Position numbers and translations under genes: made by a program | The notes under the pieces: model-generated | Database searches by the model: none | The model's input: only the letters and a program-made list of their open reading frames with translations | Told to the model about the DNA's origin: nothing | Shown: positions 56,159-64,000 of the stretch, piece after piece | Layout of the letters: the number at the start of each line of letters is the position of its first letter | Position numbering within the stretch: position 1 is the stretch's first letter | IMG/VR virus record: IMGVR_UViG_3300032007_000057 | Coordinates: 1 to 64,000 of that record | DNA: 64,000 bases | Reading direction: 5' to 3' (one strand) | Source: a virus | Lineage: Duplodnaviria; Heunggongvirae; Uroviricota; Caudoviricetes

Positions 56159-56695
56159 ATGGCTGGATACTTAGATATTAGTATTAAGTTAGATGAAGAC
56201 TTTGTTGAATGTCTTAAAGGATTAAAGAAAGAATACGGTAATAAATTAACTATACTCAATGGTTTGAGTAATAGCCAATTAAATAATACAGAATTTATAG
56301 ATAACTTTGTTGATAAGAATACCTCCACAGCAGATGCATCTATAGATGGTAATGCTAATGCAAGTACTAAAGATATCTGCTCATTAATGGTAGAAATGAG
56401 AAAACCAGAACTTAAGCTTGAATCATTTAATAAAATATTCTATGAGTTAAAGAAGAAGTATGGTGTTGAAGTAGCTAGAGACTGGTTAAAGAATGAGTGG
56501 GATGGGCACTTTTATAATCATGATGCCTACAGTACTAGCTTTTTGCCTTACTGCTTTGCTTATGATTTAAAAGATCTGGCTGAGAAGGGGTTGTATTTTA
56601 TTAAGGACAACTTTAACCATCAACCACCACAGCATTTAACTACCTTTACAGACTTTGTTGGAGAATTCGTGTCCTATATGAGCAATCGTGGATAA
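56159..56695 (+). CDS. nrdD: Anaerobic ribonucleotide reductase NrdD, exon 1
   Basis: FYNHDAYSTSFLPYCFAYDLKDL...VGEFVSYMSNRG aligns with the T4 NrdD region HVHDIDYSPALPFTNCCLVDLKG...QYGG. The frame stops exactly where the conserved sequence should continue. Confidence 0.65.
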   Translation: MAGYLDISIKLDEDFVECLKGLKKEYGNKLTILNGLSNSQLNNTEFIDNFVDKNTSTADASIDGNANASTKDICSLMVEMRKPELKLESFNKIFYELKKKYGVEVARDWLKNEWDGHFYNHDAYSTSFLPYCFAYDLKDLAEKGLYFIKDNFNHQPPQHLTTFTDFVGEFVSYMSNRG

Positions 56696-57069
56696 AACTG
56701 CGACTTTATAGAGTAATCTATATTGTAATTCAATTGTGAACTGCTGGAAAGGTTAATTAACCTAATCAGCATCTACGTTTAATAATAATTAAACAAGATC
56801 AACGACTATTCCTTTAAAAGGAAGTAAAACTAACTTTCATAAAGTTAAAGTTTGAAGTGCAAGGGCCTAAATATTAGGTTGAAGATATAGTCTTTTAGTT
56901 TTTTAAGCTAAAAAGTTCAGGAGCTTGTGGACTCCCCAATTTCTTAATTTACTCATTTTATTTTTGGAAGAAAGATTGTGAGAATGGGTATTACCCCAAA
57001 AGTCAAGAATATTATAGAGACAATGAGTTCCAACGCATAATTTTTAAACTGAACCAACCGTACCTGAGA
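56696..57069 (+). other. Intervening sequence splitting nrdD (candidate group I intron, about 375 nt, no ORF)
   Basis: Flanking ORFs align to contiguous NrdD sequence (..QYGG|TTFANVD.. versus ..SNRG* / ..SSFTNFTIFD..). Confidence 0.45.
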
Positions 57070-58323
57070 GTGAACCAAAGTTCATTTACAAATTTTACTA
57101 TTTTTGATAGAGAATATTTTGAAGCACTTTTTGGAGATAAAACCTTCCCTGATGGAAGTTATATGATTGATTTTGAGGAAGAGTTTATTAATTATGAAAA
57201 GGCGTTTATGAAAGTTGTGTCAAAGATTAGAGAAACTAATATGATGACATTCCCAGTATTAACCTTTTCATTGCTTAGAGTTGATGGTAAGTTTATAGAT
57301 GAAGAATTTGCAAGGTTTGCTGTGCAGCATAATATGCGTTGGAATGACAGCAATTTCTATATTTCTGAGGATGTGACAAGTCTCAGTAACTGCTGTAGAC
57401 TGGTCTCTGACATTAATACTCCCTTCTTTAACAGCATTGGGGGCACAGCATTAGAAGTAGGATCTATTAAGGTTAATACAATTAATCTTGCTAGAATTGC
57501 ATATGAAACCAATACTAAAGAAGAGTATATGAAATTATTAGAAGAAAAAACTATTTTGTGCTTACAGACATTGGATGTAATTAGACACATTATAAAGAGA
57601 AATATTGAAAAAGGATTACTTCCAAATTATTCTTGTGGAGCACTTCATTTGGAATCTCAGTATAATACTATTGGTATTATTGGCATATATGAGGCAATTC
57701 AGAAGTTTGGTTTTACCTATAAAGATGAATTTGGTAATACCTTCTATACTGATGAAGGACTTCAGTTTGCCAAAGATTTTATGCAGAAGATGATTGATGT
57801 TAAGACTGAATTTGCTAAAGATAAGGATTATATGATTAATATTGAACAGATTCCTGGAGAAAGAGCTGCGGCTGTTCTTATGCAGAAAGATCAGATATTC
57901 TTCCCAGATGAAGCTTATGAGTTACCACTGTATGGAAATCAATTTATACCATTAGGTGTTAAGACTACTTTACAAGAAAAAGTCAGAGTGTCTGCGGTAT
58001 TAGATGCTGCCTGTTCAGGCGGTTCAATACTGCACGCAAACGTTGATGCACCTATACATGATTTTGATACTGCATGGAGATTGATTAACTATATTGCTGA
58101 TAGTGGCGTAAAGTACTTTGCTTTATGTGTAAGGATTAGCACCTGTAAAAATAACCATGCATATTATGGGTCCAGGTGTCCAATCTGTGGAGATCCTACA
58201 GAAACCACATGGCAGAGAATAGTTGGCTTTTTAACACCAGAGAAATCATACTCTAAAGAAAGAAAGGCTGAATTTGCTTTGAGAGATTGGTTTAAAATTA
58301 ATGATATGGGAGAAACCTTTTGA
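57070..58323 (+). CDS. nrdD: Anaerobic ribonucleotide reductase NrdD, exon 2 (Zn-ribbon and glycyl-radical region)
   Basis: NCCRLVSD, TALEVGSIKVNTINLARIA, C-terminal CVRISTC...CPICG and RIVGFL (glycyl-radical-like). Confidence 0.65.
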   Translation: MNQSSFTNFTIFDREYFEALFGDKTFPDGSYMIDFEEEFINYEKAFMKVVSKIRETNMMTFPVLTFSLLRVDGKFIDEEFARFAVQHNMRWNDSNFYISEDVTSLSNCCRLVSDINTPFFNSIGGTALEVGSIKVNTINLARIAYETNTKEEYMKLLEEKTILCLQTLDVIRHIIKRNIEKGLLPNYSCGALHLESQYNTIGIIGIYEAIQKFGFTYKDEFGNTFYTDEGLQFAKDFMQKMIDVKTEFAKDKDYMINIEQIPGERAAAVLMQKDQIFFPDEAYELPLYGNQFIPLGVKTTLQEKVRVSAVLDAACSGGSILHANVDAPIHDFDTAWRLINYIADSGVKYFALCVRISTCKNNHAYYGSRCPICGDPTETTWQRIVGFLTPEKSYSKERKAEFALRDWFKINDMGETF

Positions 58324-58808
58324 GATTAACTAATCTTAAAGATGAAGACTTTGTGAACTATAAGAAGCCATCACTTTTTATAGGCACATGTTATTGTGAT
58401 TTTAAGTGCTGTGATGAGGGTGGTTTTGACAGGTCAATCTGTCAGAACCATTCTCTCTACAATTCAAAACAGCATGAGCTTACTTCAGAACAACTTTATA
58501 ACAGATACATCAATAATCCAATTACTTCAGCTATAGTTATAGGTGGATTAGAACCTATATTACAAGTGGAAGAAGTTATTGAGCTTATATCATATTTTAG
58601 ATCTAAAGATTGTAAAGATGATTTTGTTATATATACAGGTTATACTGAAGAAGAACTCATTAATAATCATATTCTTGACAAATTTAAGAAATATGATAAT
58701 ATTATATTCAAATTTGGTAGATTCAAACCAAACCAAGAAAAACATTGGGATGAAGTATTGGGAGTATATTTGATTTCAGATAATCAATACGGAAAGAAGG
58801 TATCTTAA
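58320..58808 (+). CDS. nrdG: Probable anaerobic RNR activating protein NrdG
   Basis: 162 aa directly downstream of nrdD. Cys cluster GTCYCDFKCC. Non-canonical CxxxCxxC spacing, so confidence is moderate. Confidence 0.5.
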   Translation: MRLTNLKDEDFVNYKKPSLFIGTCYCDFKCCDEGGFDRSICQNHSLYNSKQHELTSEQLYNRYINNPITSAIVIGGLEPILQVEEVIELISYFRSKDCKDDFVIYTGYTEEELINNHILDKFKKYDNIIFKFGRFKPNQEKHWDEVLGVYLISDNQYGKKVS

Positions 58809-58812
58809 AACT

Positions 58813-59070
58813 ATGTCTATACCTGTAATTACTGGTGCAACTTTAGCTTGTTCAGTTGGAGCCATTCATAATGAGACTATGAATAGATCCAATGAAAAAT
58901 ATGATACCGATGACTTGATGGATATGCTTAATTTAATAGAAGCTCATTACTTTATGATGTTGAATCGTATAGATTGGGAAAAGAGTTATAATCCTAATTT
59001 AAGATCTAAATTGATTAAAGATTTTGATAGCTTTAAAGAAGAGCTATTTAAAGTACTAATTAATAAGTAA
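58813..59070 (+). CDS. Hypothetical protein (85 aa)
   Basis: ORF. Confidence 0.45.
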   Translation: MSIPVITGATLACSVGAIHNETMNRSNEKYDTDDLMDMLNLIEAHYFMMLNRIDWEKSYNPNLRSKLIKDFDSFKEELFKVLINK

Positions 59071-59190
59071 ATATAAGGATATATTATATAGATAAAATGT
59101 GAATGAATTGGTATTAAATTATTATAGAAAGCGTGATTATATATAGTTCATTTTGTAAGAGCATTTGATTTAGAGAATGAAATAAAACGA

Positions 59191-59442
59191 ATGGAGAGTA
59201 CTCCTATTGGTTATAATAATAGACCTATAGGAGTTACTTCCAATGAAAAAACAGTTACAATAGATTTATCATTAGCTCAATATAGAACTTTGATTATAGA
59301 TGTGTATGGTATTGAAATATTGAATAAGTTATTATCGGGAGAATATGAAAGTTATAGTGGTGAACATAAAGAAGGTGGAAAATTTAAGTTTGATAGAGTT
59401 AAAGATAATATCTGGAAGATAACTGAATATATTTTAGATTAA
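59191..59442 (+). CDS. Hypothetical protein (83 aa)
   Basis: ORF. Confidence 0.45.
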   Translation: MESTPIGYNNRPIGVTSNEKTVTIDLSLAQYRTLIIDVYGIEILNKLLSGEYESYSGEHKEGGKFKFDRVKDNIWKITEYILD

Positions 59443-59470
59443 GTTTTTATTTGGAGGTGGTTGGAGGAGG

Positions 59471-60193
59471 ATGTTTAATAAAAAATTATTGATGAAGAAC
59501 TTTGATGAGAAAGAAAAACCTCTAGTAGATCTTTCTAATTGGGCTTATAACACTTATACTAAAACATATAGTACCATGACTGAATTAGACCAAACAGGAA
59601 TTGATTATTTAAATTCCGTTAGAGGGACCGGTATGGGTAACATGTTTTATAATTGTAGTTCATTAACTTCATTAGATGTATCTAATTGGGATACTAGTAA
59701 TGTTACTAGTATGGACTATGTGTTTTCTGGGTGTCGTTCATTAACTTTATTAGACGTATCTAATTGGGATACTAGTAATGTTATGTATATGAGCTATATG
59801 TTTGATAATTGTAGTTCATTAACTACATTAGATGTTTCTAATTGGGATACTAGTAACGTAACTGATATGGAGAATATGTTTTATGATTGTAATTCATTAA
59901 CTTCATTAGATGTATCTAATTGGGATACTGGTAAGGTTAATCATATGATGGATATGTTCGAAGAGTGTAGTTCATTAGAATATTTAATTATTGGATCTCC
60001 TACTTTTAAATTTCGGATGATTGATTCTAGTTGTGGAAACCTTAACACTACTTGTAAGATTTTAGTTCCATCAGCATTACTTGATACATTTAAAACTGCC
60101 ACTAACTGGTCTTCAAGAGCCTCACAGTTTGATGCAATAGAAAACTATACAATAACTAGATCAAATGGTCAGGTTACTGTGACACCCAAATAG
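59471..60193 (+). CDS. DUF285-type repeat protein (four or more LDVSNWDTSNVT.M..MF..C.SLT repeats)
   Basis: Four consecutive roughly 26-aa repeats. Matches the Mycoplasma/Firmicutes DUF285 surface-protein repeat. Confidence 0.6.
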   Translation: MFNKKLLMKNFDEKEKPLVDLSNWAYNTYTKTYSTMTELDQTGIDYLNSVRGTGMGNMFYNCSSLTSLDVSNWDTSNVTSMDYVFSGCRSLTLLDVSNWDTSNVMYMSYMFDNCSSLTTLDVSNWDTSNVTDMENMFYDCNSLTSLDVSNWDTGKVNHMMDMFEECSSLEYLIIGSPTFKFRMIDSSCGNLNTTCKILVPSALLDTFKTATNWSSRASQFDAIENYTITRSNGQVTVTPK

Positions 60194-60256
60194 GTTATGC
60201 AAATATTTATGCTATCTGGTTAGACTAAAAATATTTAAAGAAGGTGATACTCAAAC

Positions 60257-60829
60257 ATGTTAGAAAATTGGCAGAAATCATTTAATTCAGTTTTAAGATA
60301 TGAAGGTGGCTATGTTAATGACCCATTAGATATGGGTGGAGAAACCAATCTTGGTATTACAAAGAGTACATTAAATAAAGCTATAAGAGAAGGTGTAGTT
60401 GATTCATCAGTTACAGTAAGGACTTTAAAGAAATGTGATGCTGAAAAGATATATAAGAAGTATTACTGGGATAAGATGTTTTGTGATGATATGCCTACTC
60501 CAATAGATCATATGATATTTGATACAGTAGTTAATCATGGTATAATTGGAGGATCAAGAATTATCCAAAGAGCTATTAATTCGGCTGGAATATCTAATGA
60601 TATTAGTATAGTAGTTGATGGTAAATTTGGTAAACTTTCTAAAGAAGCGGTAGATAGATTAGATGCTTTGGAAGAAACTCCATATTTAGCTAGAATGATT
60701 CTTATTAAGAGAAAAGCATACTATGATGATATTATTGCTAATAAACCATCTCAAGCTAAGTTTAGAAGAGGCTGGTATAATAGAATCAATAATTTGGCTA
60801 AAGATTGTTGTATTGATTGGACGGCATAA
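60257..60829 (+). CDS. Endolysin: GH108 lysozyme domain plus PG_binding_3 C-terminal domain
   Basis: N-terminal LRYEGGYVNDPLDMGGETNLGIT is the GH108 signature. C-terminal ..KRKAYYDDIIANKP.QAKFRRGWYNRINNL. Confidence 0.8.
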   Translation: MLENWQKSFNSVLRYEGGYVNDPLDMGGETNLGITKSTLNKAIREGVVDSSVTVRTLKKCDAEKIYKKYYWDKMFCDDMPTPIDHMIFDTVVNHGIIGGSRIIQRAINSAGISNDISIVVDGKFGKLSKEAVDRLDALEETPYLARMILIKRKAYYDDIIANKPSQAKFRRGWYNRINNLAKDCCIDWTA

Positions 60830-60942
60830 CATAATTAATTATAGCTATTAGGTCAATACCTATACTAGATAAAACAGTAGCATACTCTCCGACAGTTAGT
60901 GTAGCACTAGTACAAATTTCACTATAGTAATAAAAAGGAGGC

Positions 60943-61467
60943 TTGACAAGAATAAAAATTTATGTTTATAATGAAGTAACATATACAGATCCTGATCAGT
61001 TCAGGAAAGTATTTAAGAATGTTTCATTTCCAAAAACAATAACAGATGACATGTTAATGGCAAGAGGAGTTGTTGTTAAGGAAGAAGTGGAACCAGAAGA
61101 ATCATTTGAAGATAAAAAGAAAAAGAAACTTTTAGAGCTTCAAACTGCATATAATACAGCAGTTAGTGGATCAGTTTCAGTTCAGTTAAATGATACAACA
61201 ACTATCAGAATGTTATTTGCAGAAAAAGATCTTTTGATGGTTAGGGCTATGCTTGATAAGATGACTGATGCATCTGTTGATAATGGAGTCTTAGTTGATG
61301 TTGATGATAATGTTTATATGAATTTAGATAAAGATACAGTTAATAAAGTATATCTGGCTATGCTGGATAAACAGTTTGGAGTGTATATGCAAATGAAGCA
61401 GTATCAGATTCAGATTAATAATGCTTCTAATGAAGAAGATCTAGAAGGGATTAGAATATCTTTTTAA
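60943..61467 (+). CDS. Hypothetical protein (up to 174 aa)
   Basis: ORF. Start uncertain: a TTGACA-17-TTATAA promoter-like sequence sits at 60942-60972, inside the annotated 5' end. Confidence 0.4.
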   Translation: MTRIKIYVYNEVTYTDPDQFRKVFKNVSFPKTITDDMLMARGVVVKEEVEPEESFEDKKKKKLLELQTAYNTAVSGSVSVQLNDTTTIRMLFAEKDLLMVRAMLDKMTDASVDNGVLVDVDDNVYMNLDKDTVNKVYLAMLDKQFGVYMQMKQYQIQINNASNEEDLEGIRISF

Positions 61468-61487
61468 AGAAGGGAACTGAATAAGAT

Positions 61488-64000
61488 ATGGCCTATATTT
61501 TTGATAATAAAGATACAGTAGTTGAATACTTAAGACAATTAGAAATTACTGTTGGAGAAGAGTACAATCACTATATAGTTCCTCATCATTCTTATGTAAG
61601 AAGATTTGACATTTTTTATAATAGTGAAAACATTGGCTATGTTGAAAATGAAGAGCTTACTCCAAATGCTAAAAGTGAATGGGTTATACATATTCCTTCT
61701 GAAAAGAGAGCATATTTGGAAGCAAAACAAAAAGGATTATATGGCGCTATTTATGATTTACCTAATGAATCCTATGGAGATATTGATAAGAAGTACTATA
61801 TAGAGCCTAGAGCTTTTACTAGAATAATTGCTAAGAAATCAGATAATACTCCTATTCAAGTTGATGCAAATGGACCCGGTGCATATGTTGGATTAAAGTT
61901 TAACAATAGTTTTGTTAATTTAGATAAAACTGAAGTAGCATTAGGATCAACACAGTTAAATATAACTATAGACCCTAAAAAATTAGCTAATGAACTTAAG
62001 TATTCTTTTGCTGAAATCTCTGGTTCATTACCTACTGGAGTAGTTGTAGAACCAGAAGGGATTTCAATTCAGAAGTGTTTAGAGTATCCTTCAATAATAG
62101 TTGCTACAGAACCTGGTGAAAGGCCAAAGTGGGTTAAAGCAGAAGAACTTACAGTTGGAAAAGCAGCTTCAGCAGCTAATGCAGATTTATTTGGTTTTAA
62201 GAAACCTGAAGATTACGTAACTTATCAGAATATTAATACAGATATTACATCATACTTTGACAACAGTTATGAATATGGCTTTAGAACTGGTTATGATTTA
62301 GAAAAAGAGCAGTCTTATGTTTATACCAGAGCATACAGAGTTCATTTGGTTGGGGATGTTTCCGGAGATGCTGAAGTTCATAATTTTGAAGACATAGATA
62401 TTGAAACTAAGCTTGCTGACCAGAGTAAACTGGTATTTATAAAAAATGTTGAAGATGGTACAGAATTTCATAGTGGGCTTAGAATAAATGGTCCGGTTAC
62501 TTTAGCTTATGGAAATGAAGGACCTTACTCTACTGCGTCCACATCTGAAAACCCAAGAGGGGAAGTTATTTATAATCAAGTAACAGGTCTTATGGCGTTT
62601 AGTGATATGTGGAGAATGGGTGCCGGATCAGTTGCGAGTGATAGAGGTTTCTTAGAAATTGCCACAGGTGATGATGCTAATAGTCCCACTTCTGAAGCGA
62701 TTTATGTATCACAGTATAGTGGTAATAAGTTTAATACTTTAGTTAGAAGGGCCGCACTTCTTGATTCCGATGGAAATACGAGTTTTCCTGGAACAGTAAC
62801 TTCAGCTGGATTAACGGCTGGAGATCTTACAATTAGTACAGATAGACTTGGAAATACCGTTTTTGATATTTCAAGAAGTAAGGAATATAAATTTAATATA
62901 AATGGTATAAATGTCTTAACTTTAGATGAACGTGGAACTCCTTATGATAGTGTTTATGCTAAGTTAGTTTCTCCTCATTTTACAGGTACTCCGACAGCAC
63001 CAACTCCAGAAAGTACAGATAATTCTGATAAAGTTGCAACAACCGCATATGTTAAAGCTAATGTTCCAGTTTCAATTGGGTCTGATGTTACACCTGTGTA
63101 TACAAATGAAAATGGTGTTATTACAGCGTCTAATGCCACTGTTGGATCAGAAACAGTTCCAGTTTATATTAAAGATGGTGTAATTACTTCTACGGATGTT
63201 TCATTTATTGACTATGCTGCTAAAGAATCTCCGATATTAACTGGTGTCCCTAAAGCACCAACTGCTGAAGCAGGAACAAATAATAAGCAAATTGCTACTA
63301 CGGAATTTGTACAGACAGCTATTGATAATTTAGTAAATGGTGCTCCAGAACAATTAGATACTTTAAAAGAATTAGCTGATGCTTTAAATAATAATGCTGA
63401 TATGGCTAATGCTCTTACAGCAAACTTAGCATCTAAAATTGATAGGATTGGTGATGGGTATATTAAGGAATTAAGTATAGATGGGCAAAGTATTACAGTT
63501 ACAAAAGGTGATGGCTCACAGGATACTCTTGTTACTAAAGATACTACATATACTGATGCTACTTCATCTAAAGCGGGTCTTATGTCTGCCGAAGATAAGG
63601 CTAAATTAGATACTATTGAGGCTAATGCTAATGCATATACATATACTCTTACAGCAGCTAATAGTTCTACTTTAGGTGGTATTAAAGTAGGAACGAACTT
63701 AAGCATAGATAATGATGGGGTATTATCTGCTAAAGATACTGTTTATAGTAATGCAACTTCTGTTATATCAGGTCTTATGTCAGCAGCTGATAAAGCAAAA
63801 CTTGATACCATTTCTGAAAATGCTAATAATTTTACCTATACATTGCCTAAGGCAACTACAAATGTTCTTGGTGGTATTAAGGTAGGAACTAATTTAAGTA
63901 TTGATGCTGATGGAGTTTTATCTGCTGATGCTCAGGCTTATGCGGATGTTACTGCTACAGCGTCAGGATTAATGACTCCAGAAGATAAAGTTAAGTTAGA
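61488..64000 (+). CDS. Tail fibre protein, 5' portion (continues past the window end)
   Basis: ATG at 61488, open to the window edge. C-terminal repeats of GLMSA(E/A)DKAKLDTI..NAN..TYTL......LGGIKVGTNLSID.DGVLSA, a typical phage tail-fibre repeat. The minus ORF 63212..63706 is a shadow. Confidence 0.75.
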   Translation, partial: MAYIFDNKDTVVEYLRQLEITVGEEYNHYIVPHHSYVRRFDIFYNSENIGYVENEELTPNAKSEWVIHIPSEKRAYLEAKQKGLYGAIYDLPNESYGDIDKKYYIEPRAFTRIIAKKSDNTPIQVDANGPGAYVGLKFNNSFVNLDKTEVALGSTQLNITIDPKKLANELKYSFAEISGSLPTGVVVEPEGISIQKCLEYPSIIVATEPGERPKWVKAEELTVGKAASAANADLFGFKKPEDYVTYQNINTDITSYFDNSYEYGFRTGYDLEKEQSYVYTRAYRVHLVGDVSGDAEVHNFEDIDIETKLADQSKLVFIKNVEDGTEFHSGLRINGPVTLAYGNEGPYSTASTSENPRGEVIYNQVTGLMAFSDMWRMGAGSVASDRGFLEIATGDDANSPTSEAIYVSQYSGNKFNTLVRRAALLDSDGNTSFPGTVTSAGLTAGDLTISTDRLGNTVFDISRSKEYKFNINGINVLTLDERGTPYDSVYAKLVSPHFTGTPTAPTPESTDNSDKVATTAYVKANVPVSIGSDVTPVYTNENGVITASNATVGSETVPVYIKDGVITSTDVSFIDYAAKESPILTGVPKAPTAEAGTNNKQIATTEFVQTAIDNLVNGAPEQLDTLKELADALNNNADMANALTANLASKIDRIGDGYIKELSIDGQSITVTKGDGSQDTLVTKDTTYTDATSSKAGLMSAEDKAKLDTIEANANAYTYTLTAANSSTLGGIKVGTNLSIDNDGVLSAKDTVYSNATSVISGLMSAADKAKLDTISENANNFTYTLPKATTNVLGGIKVGTNLSIDADGVLSADAQAYADVTATASGLMTPEDKVKL

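Noticed and set aside
58320-58808. Canonical radical-SAM CxxxCxxC motif in the putative NrdG
   Set aside because: The Cys cluster is C-Y-C-D-F-K-C-C, which is not the canonical spacing. The call is kept only at moderate confidence, based on size and synteny with nrdD.
1-64000. Possibility of an alternative genetic code (TGA=Trp, code 4), given the Mycoplasma-type DUF285 repeats and extreme AT richness
   Set aside because: Long uninterrupted ORFs (859, 657, 563 aa) under the standard code and Trp encoded by TGG throughout argue for code 11.

Overview
Contents of the window

This is an AT-rich segment (about 28-30% GC) of a large virulent, T4-like bacteriophage genome. It uses the standard genetic code: tryptophan is TGG and long ORFs are intact. 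Coordinates 1-37736 are a minus-strand gene block. A strand switch follows at an ORF-free region with a DnaA-box cluster (37740-38700). A plus-strand block runs from 38714 to the end of the window.

Recognisable genes:
- Replication, recombination and nucleotide metabolism: split family-B DNA polymerase, DnaB-like helicase, SSB, SF2 helicase, clamp loader, primase, a probable sliding clamp, FEN/RNase H, RecA/UvsX-like recombinase, ThyX, NrdH, an interrupted NrdD, NrdG.
- Other: Dam methyltransferase, three metallophosphoesterases, an SPFH protein, a GH108 endolysin, a DUF285-repeat protein and the start of a tail fibre.
- Seven canonical tRNA genes (Pro, Ile2-like, Leu, Thr, Ser, Arg) plus one atypical tRNA-like element.
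- Many near-consensus sigma70-type promoters (TTGACA-17-TATAAT).

Most notable points:
1. A phage-borne miniature type V CRISPR-Cas locus. It has a 494-aa TnpB/Cas12f-like RuvC nuclease with intact RuvC-I/II/III motifs but no CxxC zinc finger. Next to it is a 10-unit array of 36-nt repeats with 27-30-nt spacers. A candidate anti-repeat (tracrRNA) lies in the leader. No Cas1, Cas2 or Cas4 adaptation module is nearby.
2. The locus sits between the two halves of a split family-B DNA polymerase. The halves are about 7.8 kb apart and carry split-intein halves exactly at the YGD|TDS motif C site.
3. nrdD is interrupted by an ORF-less insertion of about 375 nt, probably a group I intron.
4. An origin-like cluster of DnaA boxes lies at the strand switch.
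5. A 1.7-kb ORF-free region flanked by tRNAs is a candidate large structured ncRNA.
6. Two GC-rich islands look like foreign acquisitions.
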